This document shows positions 8,874 to 16,831 of a DNA stretch of 64,000 bases, one piece after another. The position numbers were made by a program, and so were the translations under genes. This DNA is from an uncultured Actinomycetota bacterium. Its GTDB lineage: Bacteria; Actinomycetota; Actinomycetes; Propionibacteriales; Nocardioidaceae. The notes under the pieces were generated by a model. That model saw only the letters and a list, made by a program, of their open reading frames with translations. It was not told the origin of the DNA and searched no databases. Every line of letters begins with the position of its first letter. Position 1 is the first letter of the stretch. The stretch is from assembly GCA_963811585.1 (NCBI GenBank), contig CAWERR010000009.1, forward strand, positions 150,282 through 214,281, given 5' to 3'.

Positions 8874-9430
8874 TCATCGAACACGCTTCACGGGCAGGAT
8901 GGCCACGGCTCCGATGATGGCGCAGGTCCCGGCGACCGTGTACATGAGGCCGTAGCTGCCGTCGCCGATGGCGAGGATGGCGGGCGCGATTGCCGGTGCG
9001 ACGGAGAAGGGCAGCGCGCTGGCGATGTTGAACACGCCGAGATCCTTGGCTGCGCTGGCCGGGTCAGGCAGCACGTCGACCACGAGCGCCAGGTCGACGG
9101 CAACATAGGTGCCGAAGCCCAGGCCGCCGATGGCCATGCCAACGAGGAAGCCGTTGAAGTCGCTGGCGATGGCGGGCCCAGCCTCGACGACGTACGGTCG
9201 CTCATCTTGCCGAAGAACGGGTTGGCGACCATGGACACCAGAGCACCCGTGCCGGCGGCGAGGGACAAGCTGTTCGGTGCATCGTCGATCCCCACCAGGG
9301 AGTTGACCTTCAAGGCCAAGGTGACTAGCAGGGGCGCGAGGAACAGCAGGGAGGTGCTGATAACCGCCAACGTGTAGAGCGAGATGAAGCCCCATCCGAC
9401 CGGAGGTAGTGCGCGTGACTCTGGCTCCAC
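8874..9430 (-). pseudogene. MFS transporter remnant (internal deletion plus frameshift)
   Basis: The N-terminal MFS-like part (…FFGKMSDRT) is in the frame of ORF 8888..9430. The C-terminal MFS-like part (AGPAIASDFNGFLVGMAIGG...DLALVVDVLP...ILPVKRVR) is in the frame of ORF 8874..9545. The junction is near 9175-9195. Total length is about 185 codons against about 400+ expected. Confidence 0.65.
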
Positions 9431-9459
9431 TTCCAGCAGGGTAGCCAGCGGGCATTAGG

Positions 9460-10128
9460 TTGGCTCGTATGCGCATCGCGATTGTTGGCGGGCACGGACA
9501 AGTGGCCCGACCCCTCCACCCCCTCCTCGTCCGCGCCGGGCACACACCCGTTGCGCTGGTGCGAAAGGAGGACTACCGCTCCGAGCTTGAACGAATGGGC
9601 GCGGAGGTCCGACTGCTCGACATCGAGCGCGAGGATGCCACCGCTTTCGCCCAGGCGTTCGGCGGCTGTGACGGAGTCGTCTTCGCCGCTGGTGGCGGTC
9701 CCGACGGCAACAAGGAGCGCAAGCGCACGGTCGACCTGGAAGGCTCGCTGAAGTCCATCGCGGCAGCAAAGACAGTCGGCATCCGCCGGTTCGTGCAGGT
9801 GTCTGCCATCAACATGGACAAGCCTGTTCCCGCTGACGCCGGTGAGGTGTGGAGGGCGTACGTCGAAGCGAAGCGTGACGCCGATGCCGCCCTGCGCGAC
9901 AGCGGCCTGGACTGGACGATCATTCGACCGGGCCGTCTCACCGATGACCCGGGCACCGGCGCCGTCTCACTCGGCCCCGACCTGTCGCGGGGCGACGTAC
10001 CCCGCGCCGATGTTGCTGCAGTGCTAGCGGAGGTGGTGGGTTCTGAGGCCGCCATCGGCTGGCAGTGGGACCTGGTGACTGGCGATACGCCGATCACCGA
10101 AGCCGTTCAGCGGGCGGCCGCTCGGTGA
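9460..10128 (+). CDS. NAD(P)H-binding SDR-like protein (NmrA/atypical SDR type)
   Basis: MRIAIVGGHGQVARPL Rossmann-type N-terminus and typical length. The start is 9460 or 9469. Confidence 0.7.
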   Translation: MARMRIAIVGGHGQVARPLHPLLVRAGHTPVALVRKEDYRSELERMGAEVRLLDIEREDATAFAQAFGGCDGVVFAAGGGPDGNKERKRTVDLEGSLKSIAAAKTVGIRRFVQVSAINMDKPVPADAGEVWRAYVEAKRDADAALRDSGLDWTIIRPGRLTDDPGTGAVSLGPDLSRGDVPRADVAAVLAEVVGSEAAIGWQWDLVTGDTPITEAVQRAAAR

Positions 10129-10157
10129 GTGCGACGGACCAGGGTTAGCGTGGCTGC

Positions 10158-10736
10158 GTGAGCATCGTGGTGAAGCCCGCGACCACGGCACGGTTCAACG
10201 ACGTGGCGACCATGGTCGGGCCGAAGAACCCCGACTCCTCCGTGTGCTGGTGCCTCAGCCATCGAGTCGACGCCAAGACCAACCGTGAGCTTGTCGGACG
10301 TGCGCGAGGCGAGTACGTGAGAAAGCTCTGCAGACGCAAGGTCTCGCCGGGCGTCTTGGCCTACGAGGATGACGTGGTCGTGGGCTGGGCCGCCGTCGCA
10401 CCTCGATCCGAGCTGCCCTTCGCGCGGTCGACGAAGATTCCGCACGTCGACGACCTGCCCGTCTGGTCGGTGTGGTGCATCCGAGTACGTCCCGGCCACC
10501 GCGGCAAAGGCATCTCCCACAATCTGCTCGAAGGCGCCGTGGAGTTCGCGCGGTCGAAAGGTGCAAGGGCTGTCGAGGGCTATCCGGTAGACAACAAGGG
10601 CAAGAAGGTCGACCTCACGATGGCGTACGTCGGGACCCGCACAGTCTTCGAGAAAGCGGGCTTCACCAAGGCCGCTGACACCGACTCGGTGTCAGGTGGA
10701 TTCCCTCGGGTGATCATGCGGTTGGACCTGCGCTGA
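10158..10736 (+). CDS. GNAT family N-acetyltransferase
   Basis: 192 aa with a GNAT core-like RVRPGHRGKGISHNLLEGAVEFARSKGARAVEGYP. Confidence 0.7.
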   Translation: MSIVVKPATTARFNDVATMVGPKNPDSSVCWCLSHRVDAKTNRELVGRARGEYVRKLCRRKVSPGVLAYEDDVVVGWAAVAPRSELPFARSTKIPHVDDLPVWSVWCIRVRPGHRGKGISHNLLEGAVEFARSKGARAVEGYPVDNKGKKVDLTMAYVGTRTVFEKAGFTKAADTDSVSGGFPRVIMRLDLR

Positions 10737-10759
10737 CCCTGCTGAATGCCTGGCCGTAG

Positions 10760-11164
10760 TCAGCCCGGGTCCCCGCTCGCAGCCAAGGCCAGGACAGTGT
10801 TGACACACGACGCCGCGATGAGCGGGACGCCGACGCGCTTGGGCACCTTCCCGGTCAACGTGAGCAGTGTGGCCGTGAGTGTGTCCGACGCGTGGATGAG
10901 GGGGGCTTCGGCGAGTGCGTTCCGACGCTCCGGTCCGTCCTTGACCAACAGCTGGCGGCCGAGCAGCACGGTCCTGATCCCGAACAGTCGGAAGGCGTAC
11001 ACGGCCGCAGGGCTCTGGGCCGCGGGACCTTCGATCCGGCGGATCAGGATGTTCGGTGCCACCAGCCCGATGGTTCCGAACGTCAGTCGCGTCACGCCTA
11101 GCGCGACCCGTGCCCGATTGGCGACTTCGTCGGTCGCCGTACGTCTGGTCAGTCTCATTGTCAT
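10760..11164 (-). CDS. small hydrophobic membrane protein, unknown function
   Basis: Only the last 134 codons of ORF 10760..11938 look coding (MTMRLTRRTATDEV...). Several hydrophobic segments are present. The upstream part is antisense to the OYE gene. Confidence 0.5.
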   Translation of the reverse strand: MTMRLTRRTATDEVANRARVALGVTRLTFGTIGLVAPNILIRRIEGPAAQSPAAVYAFRLFGIRTVLLGRQLLVKDGPERRNALAEAPLIHASDTLTATLLTLTGKVPKRVGVPLIAASCVNTVLALAASGDPG

Positions 11165-11260
11165 AGGGAGCCCCTGGATCTGGCGCACTCTGCTAGCGCG
11201 CTTGCGCATCATTTCATGATTGACGTTGCGGAAATCGGCGGCCGGTGAGAGTGTCCCGGC

Positions 11261-12634
11261 ATGGCCACCGCAGGCCCGTCCGCCGACGACCCGATCTTTA
11301 CGCCGTTGAGGTTCCCCAGCGGGCTCACGATCAAGAACCGAGTGCTGCGTAGCAACATCTCTGGCCGCATCGACAACTATGACGGTTCCGGCACCCAGGC
11401 CCGCGTCAACTGGGAGGAGCAGTTCGCCCGGGGCGGCGTCGGAGCGGTGCTGTCCGCGCACGTTCCCATCCACGTCCGTGGGCGGGTGCTGCCGAACTAC
11501 GCGCTCATCGACGACGACGATAAGGTGCCTTTTTGGCGAGTGGTGGGGGAGCGGGTTCATGCGCACGGGTGCGCGTTTCTGCTGCAGTTGAGCCATAGCG
11601 GCCGCCAGCGCGACATCGGTGGCGTCGAGAACGCCGCGAACATCGCCGTCAGCTCCACCAGCAAGCCGGACCCGGTGCACGGCCTGCCGTCTCAAGCCAT
11701 GACCCAGGACGAGATTGCCGATGTCGTCGCCCGGTTTGGCCACGGTGCCCGTCGTGCCCGGGAGGCGGGTCTGGACGGAGTTGAGCTGCATGCGTGCAAC
11801 GGCTACCTGTTCACCCAGTTCCTCTCCTCCGCGATCAACGACCGCACTGACGGGTACGGCGGGTCCCTGGAGAACCGTGCTCGCTTCCTGCTCGAGGTGA
11901 TAGCCGCGATCCGCCGCGAGGCGGGTGCGGACTTCCACCTACAGGTCAAGATGAGCGCGGTGGACCACGGGAACGCGGTCTTCCCGTGGAGCGCCAAGGG
12001 CAACACGCTGGAAGAGTCCGTCCAGGTGTTCAAGTGGGCGGAGGAGGCCGGTGCCCACGCCGTACACGTCTCCACCGGCAACTTCTTTCCGCATCCGCTG
12101 AACCCGGCCGGCGACTTGACCCCCGGCGACGTGATCGGCACCTACGACACCATGCTCTCGTCGGGCAACAAGACTCTGCGCAACTATGCGCTGTGGCGGT
12201 TCAGGCCGACGCGGCCGCTGATGCGGTGGGTGTGGCAGCGCACGGTGCCCGACAACCCCGAAGGCCAGCTGCTGCCGACAGCAGCCGAGGTCAAGCGCAA
12301 CCTGTCGATCCCGGTGATCGTCACCGGCGGCTTCCAGACGGCGTCGGTGGTCCGGAAGGCACTTCGTGATGGTCAGTGTGACGCGGTCAGCATCGCTCGG
12401 CCGCTCATGGCCAACCCTGACCTGGTGCACCAGTGGGCGGCGGGCGTGGACCGTCCGGAGCGGCCTTGCAGCTACTGCAACCTGTGCCTGTTCCACGCCC
12501 CCGAGGACCCACTTGGTTGCTATGACATACGCCGTTTCGACAACGACCATGACGCCATGATCAGACAGATCATGTCCATCTACCGACCAGACGGCTGGAC
12601 TCCGCGGTCGCCAGACCAGCCCACCGAGCCCTGA
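11261..12634 (+). CDS. NADH:flavin oxidoreductase, Old Yellow Enzyme / 2,4-dienoyl-CoA reductase-like family
   Basis: 457 aa. Motifs [33 protein letters not shown] and VIVTGGF are typical of OYE-like TIM barrels. Confidence 0.8.
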   Translation: MATAGPSADDPIFTPLRFPSGLTIKNRVLRSNISGRIDNYDGSGTQARVNWEEQFARGGVGAVLSAHVPIHVRGRVLPNYALIDDDDKVPFWRVVGERVHAHGCAFLLQLSHSGRQRDIGGVENAANIAVSSTSKPDPVHGLPSQAMTQDEIADVVARFGHGARRAREAGLDGVELHACNGYLFTQFLSSAINDRTDGYGGSLENRARFLLEVIAAIRREAGADFHLQVKMSAVDHGNAVFPWSAKGNTLEESVQVFKWAEEAGAHAVHVSTGNFFPHPLNPAGDLTPGDVIGTYDTMLSSGNKTLRNYALWRFRPTRPLMRWVWQRTVPDNPEGQLLPTAAEVKRNLSIPVIVTGGFQTASVVRKALRDGQCDAVSIARPLMANPDLVHQWAAGVDRPERPCSYCNLCLFHAPEDPLGCYDIRRFDNDHDAMIRQIMSIYRPDGWTPRSPDQPTEP

Positions 12635-12765
12635 CCGAGCAACCGGAGTTCGGCCGAGCATTCGTCGAGCAGCTTCCCCGCGTCGCCAAGCCGTGCGCCC
12701 ACGCAGTCGCCGTCCGGTGCTTCGGAGTTGCGATGACCTGCGGCTGACGAAATCGGTGTTCTGGT

Positions 12766-12817
12766 GGGCGGCTCAACGACTCTCGCCCTTTCAGCGGGTG
12801 GCTCAACGACTCTCGCC
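12766..12817. repeat. 22-nt direct repeat (GGG[C/T]GGCTCAACGACTCTCGCC) x2 with 30-nt period
   Basis: Copies at 12766-12787 and 12796-12817 match at 21 of 22 positions. They lie in the gap between the OYE gene and a small minus-strand gene. Confidence 0.7.
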
Positions 12818-12910
12818 GGGGAGACGAATACGACACCTTCAAGCGTCAGCAGCTTGATGCCAAGTAGCCGCGCCAACACCGAGGTCTCGACGACGAAGCC
12901 CTGCGAGAGA

Positions 12911-13096
12911 TCATCTGCGCGAACGGGCTGCGCTCCCAGCACCGGTGGACCCACCACTGCGATGCGACGATTGGCCGCCTCCGCTGCCGTACGCGTCCAA
13001 CCTGCGCGACGCCTGCTGCGTCGCGACCTTGATCTGCGCATATCGCTCACGTCCCGCCTTGCTTCCCAGCACGTAGCCGACGCCAAACACCGCCAT
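12911..13096 (-). CDS. small YtxH-like protein
   Basis: MAVFGVGYVLGSKAGRERYAQIKVATQQASRRLDAYG.... It is the last gene of a three-gene minus-strand set. Confidence 0.45.
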   Translation of the reverse strand: MAVFGVGYVLGSKAGRERYAQIKVATQQASRRLDAYGSGGGQSSHRSGGSTGAGSAARSRR

Positions 13097-13107
13097 GGTC
13101 GCGAGTT

Positions 13108-13278
13108 TCACGCGTCGGAGTTCCTGTTTCGAACCGCAGACACGGCCGCGCTTACCAACGTGACGGCAACCATGGACCCCGCGGCTGTCAGGCCAGACCT
13201 GACTGCGGATGCTGGCTTTCCACTGGTCACTGGCCCGACCAGCTTCTCCCACTTGGACTTTCGGTGAAACAGCTTCAT
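13108..13278 (-). CDS. small membrane protein (one TM helix)
   Basis: MKLFHRKSKWEKLVGPVTSGKPASAVRSGLTAAGSMVAVTLVSAAVSAV.... It starts 12 nt after the stop of the upstream coiled-coil gene. Confidence 0.45.
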   Translation of the reverse strand: MKLFHRKSKWEKLVGPVTSGKPASAVRSGLTAAGSMVAVTLVSAAVSAVRNRNSDA

Positions 13279-13289
13279 GACAGTTCCTC

Positions 13290-14252
13290 TCAACGCGCTC
13301 GTCGCAATGCCGTGACCAATGCCGCCTTCGACATGGTTGACCTGCCAGGTATGTCCTTGGCCTGGGCCCGCTTCATGAGCTCCTGACGAGACAGGTTCTC
13401 CAGCGTTGCCGGCCCGCTCGACCTCCCCTTGGCCCGCCCACCGGACCTGCTCTTTGCCTGCGGTCCCGACTCTCTCGACTTCGTGACGCGAGGCCGGGTG
13501 GCGCTGGACGTCTTCGCGGCCGATGCTCCACTCGGCCTTTGCTGTGCCTGCTTGGCGACGGCGTCTACGCCCGCCGCCTCACGCTGGGCGTGCGCAGAGA
13601 GGTTCTCCGCCTCATGGTGAGCCTGGTCAGCGGCGGCCTGTGCCGCCGCGGTGGCCTCGTCCGCGAGCCTGCGCGCTTCGGCGAGCTGTGCAGTCGCGAT
13701 GCTCAGTTGGCCCTGCGCTTTTGCCTGCGCGGCCTGCGCTTCTTCGCGCGCCTTCTGCGCGCGCTCTTGCGCGTCCGCCTCTTCGCGAGCGATGACCTTG
13801 TCGGCTCGCGCTTGTGCTTGTTGCCGCGCCTCTTCGACCTTCGTCTCCGCGGCCGCTCGAGCCTCGGCGACACGATCCTTGACGTGCTGGTCCTGCTCGC
13901 GGCGAACCTCGGTCACGCGCGATTTGCTCTGTCGTGCGGTCTCCTTGGCATGCTCCGCCAGTTCTTTCGCTTCTTCGGCGGCCTGAATCGCTCGAGCCTC
14001 AGCCTCGCGAGCCTGCTCCGTGGCGACGTGGGCACGTTGGATGCGTAGCTCCACGGAGTCGCCGATGATGGGCAACGAGTCCTTGATCGACGCTCCAGCG
14101 CTGCGCAACGAATCCATGGCGCCGCCGTTGGAGTCGGCGCCGCCAGTCGGGTTCAGGGCGCGGGCCAACAGCCACGATGTATTGCGCGGCAGGTCCTTCA
14201 CCCCCGTCGCCAACACGGATGTGACACGGCTTCGCGATCGCTTGTTCGGCAT
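13290..14252 (-). CDS. long Ala/Glu/Gln/Arg-rich coiled-coil protein with a C-terminal Rho_N/SAP-like motif
   Basis: Start MPNKRSRS. About 200 aa are low-complexity helical (AEEAKELAEHAKETARQSK...). The C-terminus is LSRQELMKRAQAKDIPGRSTMSKAALVTALRRA. Confidence 0.6.
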   Translation of the reverse strand: MPNKRSRSRVTSVLATGVKDLPRNTSWLLARALNPTGGADSNGGAMDSLRSAGASIKDSLPIIGDSVELRIQRAHVATEQAREAEARAIQAAEEAKELAEHAKETARQSKSRVTEVRREQDQHVKDRVAEARAAAETKVEEARQQAQARADKVIAREEADAQERAQKAREEAQAAQAKAQGQLSIATAQLAEARRLADEATAAAQAAADQAHHEAENLSAHAQREAAGVDAVAKQAQQRPSGASAAKTSSATRPRVTKSRESGPQAKSRSGGRAKGRSSGPATLENLSRQELMKRAQAKDIPGRSTMSKAALVTALRRAR

Positions 14253-14363
14253 CAGTTCTCCCTCCCTGGCACGCCAACGTGCGGCGGCCATGTCCTCGGC
14301 TCGCTACGTACCCAGATGCTGGAACTGGTAACGCAACCGACGACATCGAGCGGCCACCGGCCC

Positions 14364-14717
14364 CTAGCGGTGCTCCACCACTGCGAGCTGGAGCTGGGCA
14401 GCAACCTCTTCCGCACACTCCTCCGCTGACCTTGCGCTCGTATCGACCTCAGCTGCGTAGTGCATGCCGTCGTGGATGTCCCCGGCCTGCCGTACCGCCC
14501 AGCCGACGGGACGCTCCTCGGGCCGCCCCGCCTCCCTGTCAGCACACCAGCGGGGGTGCCCAGTAGGGACATCAAGAAAACGCTCGGTCGGCCTCCACGA
14601 GGACCGCTGGAACCCGCAGCCGACGTTGGAGCTCTTTCGCCAGGCTCGTCTTGCCCGACGATGAGGGCCAGAAAGCAAGATCACGAGAGGCGGCGACACC
14701 CCTGATTTCGTCGACAT
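14364..14717 (-). pseudogene. chloramphenicol phosphotransferase-like (CPT) P-loop kinase remnant
   Basis: PLVILLSGP is in one frame, SSSGKTSLAKELQRRLRVPAVLVEADRAF in another (ORF 14572..14886), and the C-terminal HDGMHYAAEVDTSARSAEECAEEVAAQL is back in the first frame. About 117 codons remain against about 180 expected. Confidence 0.55.
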
Positions 14718-14818
14718 CGCGACACGGTAGCCATCGCGGAACTCGCTTGACCACGGGGTACCACGCGGAAAGAATCCGCGGACCGATGAATCCGGCCCGA
14801 GGCGGTGTCAGTTCAGGC

Positions 14819-15340
14819 ATGACCACAGGAAAGATCGACCCAAGGTATGGCGATGCGTCGGCCACTGCGCCGCCATGGAATGACATCGAGCGGCTCCTCG
14901 CCGACGCGCAGCTCTACTGGATCATCACAGTCCGCGCGGATGGGCGTCCGCACGCTGTACCACTCGTCGGCGTGTGGCACGAGGGCGCGTTTGCCTTCTG
15001 TACCGGCGCGGAGGAGCAGAAGCAGCGGAATCTCGACTCCAATCCGCAGGTGGCGATTACCACCGGCAGCACAGGTGCCAACGGCTGGGACCGTGGCAAG
15101 GACATCGTGGTCGAAGGCACGGCGGTGCGGGTGACCAACGCCGAGGCGCTCCAGGCGCTGGCGGCCGCGTGGTTCGCCAAGTACGGCGAGGACTGGCATT
15201 TCGAAGTGCGAGGCGATGAGTTCGTGGAGCTCAGTGGCTCCGGAGGCAGCACCACGGGGGGTGCACGGGTCTACCGGGTCGCGCCGGCCAAGGTCATGGT
15301 GTTCGGCGACCCGCACGGCCAGACGACCTACCCGTTCTGA
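14819..15340 (+). CDS. pyridoxamine 5'-phosphate oxidase family (split-barrel flavin/F420-binding) protein
   Basis: ATG at 14819 (MTTGKIDPRYG). LYWIITVRADGRPHAVPLVGVW is typical of the PNPOx-like fold. Confidence 0.65.
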   Translation: MTTGKIDPRYGDASATAPPWNDIERLLADAQLYWIITVRADGRPHAVPLVGVWHEGAFAFCTGAEEQKQRNLDSNPQVAITTGSTGANGWDRGKDIVVEGTAVRVTNAEALQALAAAWFAKYGEDWHFEVRGDEFVELSGSGGSTTGGARVYRVAPAKVMVFGDPHGQTTYPF

Positions 15341-15347
15341 GCTGCGC

Positions 15348-15698
15348 ATGGTGACTGTCGACGACGTACGACGACTGGCGCTCAAACTGCCGCGGACCAC
15401 GGAGCACCTCATCCACGATCGCGTGAAGTTCCGGGTCAAGCAGCTGGTCTACATTGCATTCTCCCGGGACGAGACCCTGATGGGCTTCGCGTTCCCCAAG
15501 GAGCAACGTCCAGCGCTGGTCGAGAGCCAACCGGACAAGTTCCTGCTCCCGTCGGCAGGGGACATGCGCTACAACTGGGTCGACGTGAAGACGGCGCTCC
15601 TCGAACCCGAGGAAATGACCGAGCTGGTGACCGACGCGTGGACGATGGTGGTCCCGAAGTATGTTGCCCAGGGGTACTTCGACTCTCGCGGTACCTGA
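15348..15698 (+). CDS. MmcQ/YjbR family DNA-binding protein
   Basis: MVTVDDVRRLALKLPRTTEHLIHDRVKFRVK... is a typical YjbR N-terminus; 116 aa. Confidence 0.65.
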   Translation: MVTVDDVRRLALKLPRTTEHLIHDRVKFRVKQLVYIAFSRDETLMGFAFPKEQRPALVESQPDKFLLPSAGDMRYNWVDVKTALLEPEEMTELVTDAWTMVVPKYVAQGYFDSRGT

Positions 15699-15734
15699 CC
15701 CAGATCACTGGTCCACACGAACGAAGGGTCTGCA

Positions 15735-16502
15735 ATGACCACTGAACCGTCACCACGGCTGGTCGGCGACGAACTGGCCCGGCTGTTGAAGCTGGTCGAG
15801 GACGCCGACAGCGTCGAGTTGAAGTTGACCGTGCCCGAGGTGTCACATCGGTCGACCATTGCGGCCCTCGGGCTCGACCCGCTGGAAGCCCAGATCCGGC
15901 AGGTGTTCTTCTTTGACACGCCGGACCTGGCGCTCAACGAGGCGGGTGTCGTGGCACGGGCTCGAAGAGTCCAGGGCCGCAATTCTGACTCTGTGGTGAA
16001 GCTGCGACCCGTCGTGCCCGCCGACGTACCGGTCGACCTCCGTCGCTCGGATGACTTCTCGGTTGAGGTGGACGCGATGCCAGGCGGGTATGTGTGCTCG
16101 GCCTCGCTCAAGGGCAAGCTCTCACCCAATGCCGTCCTCAGGTCGGTGTCCGGCAAGAAGCCGCTCAGGAAGCTGTTCTCGAAGCAGCAGCGAGCGTTCT
16201 TCGCTGCACACGCCCCCAACGGGCTGACGATCGACGACCTCTCGATCCTCGGTCCCATATTCGTGCTCAAACTGAAGCTGCCTAAGGATACGTTCTCGCG
16301 CCCAATTGTCGTCGAGATGTGGCTGTACCCGGACGGATCCCGAATCCTGGAGTTGTCCACGAAGTGCCTGCCAGACGAGGGCGTGAGCGTTGCGCTCGAG
16401 CTCCGCCGGTTCTTCGAGGACAAGGGGATTGAGATTTCTGACCAGCAACAGACCAAGACGAAGACCGCCCTGCAGTACTACTCCTCGGAGCTAGAGGCGT
16501 AA
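15735..16502 (+). CDS. CYTH-like (triphosphate tunnel) domain protein, uncertain
   Basis: 255 aa. The N-terminal SVELKLTV strand motif and alternating beta pattern fit CYTH. The call is from memory only. Confidence 0.4.
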   Translation: MTTEPSPRLVGDELARLLKLVEDADSVELKLTVPEVSHRSTIAALGLDPLEAQIRQVFFFDTPDLALNEAGVVARARRVQGRNSDSVVKLRPVVPADVPVDLRRSDDFSVEVDAMPGGYVCSASLKGKLSPNAVLRSVSGKKPLRKLFSKQQRAFFAAHAPNGLTIDDLSILGPIFVLKLKLPKDTFSRPIVVEMWLYPDGSRILELSTKCLPDEGVSVALELRRFFEDKGIEISDQQQTKTKTALQYYSSELEA

Positions 16503-16528
16503 GTGCCACCGAAGAAGCACCAGGTCAG

Positions 16529-16601
16529 TGGGCCCCGTGGGACTCGAACCCACAACCCGCGGATTAAAAGTCCGCTGCTCTGCCAATTGAGCTAGAGGCC
16601 C
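16529..16601 (-). tRNA. tRNA-Lys (anticodon UUU), no encoded CCA
   Basis: The hand-folded cloverleaf runs GGGCCTC-TA-GCTC-AATTGGCA-GAGC-A-GCGGA-CTTTTAA-TCCGC-GGGTT-GTGGG-TTCGAGT-CCCAC-GGGGCCC-A. Confidence 0.9.
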
Positions 16602-16790
16602 CGCCGCGTGACCAAGTATGGGGCAACCGGTGGCAACAAAATCCGGTGGATCGGGAATGGCCGCGTGGTCTAGCGTCTTGTCGAGTTTCAGGATGAGAGG
16701 GCTCCTTGTCACGACGATGAGCTTCGGAGTCCAGCAGCCTCAGCTGAGCGTTCCGAGTTCATCGCGTCGAGGTCCCCCTCGTGACGTTGC

Positions 16791-16811
16791 TGGACCGCTA
16801 GATTCGGTCCA
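16791..16811. promoter_or_regulatory. perfect 7-bp inverted repeat TGGACCG-n7-CGGTCCA upstream of the MFS efflux gene
   Basis: It ends 20 nt before the start codon at 16832 and just upstream of the RBS CAGGAGAG (16821-16828). It could be an operator or a 5'-UTR hairpin. Confidence 0.35.
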
Positions 16812-16831
16812 CCAGACGCTCAGGAGAGACC

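Noticed and set aside
12580-13086. 168-aa minus-strand ORF across the OYE 3' end and the 22-nt repeats
   Set aside because: It overlaps the well-supported OYE gene and the YtxH-like ORF in other frames, and its duplicated ARVVEPP peptide is simply the DNA repeat read in frame. A decayed gene fragment cannot be excluded.
8860-16601. Genomic island integrated at tRNA-Lys, suggested by decayed genes and miscellaneous functions downstream of the tRNA 3' end
   Set aside because: No integrase, excisionase or transposase gene was seen, and I found no direct repeat of the tRNA 3' end by eye. GC content and codon style match the rest of the window. It cannot be excluded without comparative genomics, but it is not supported.
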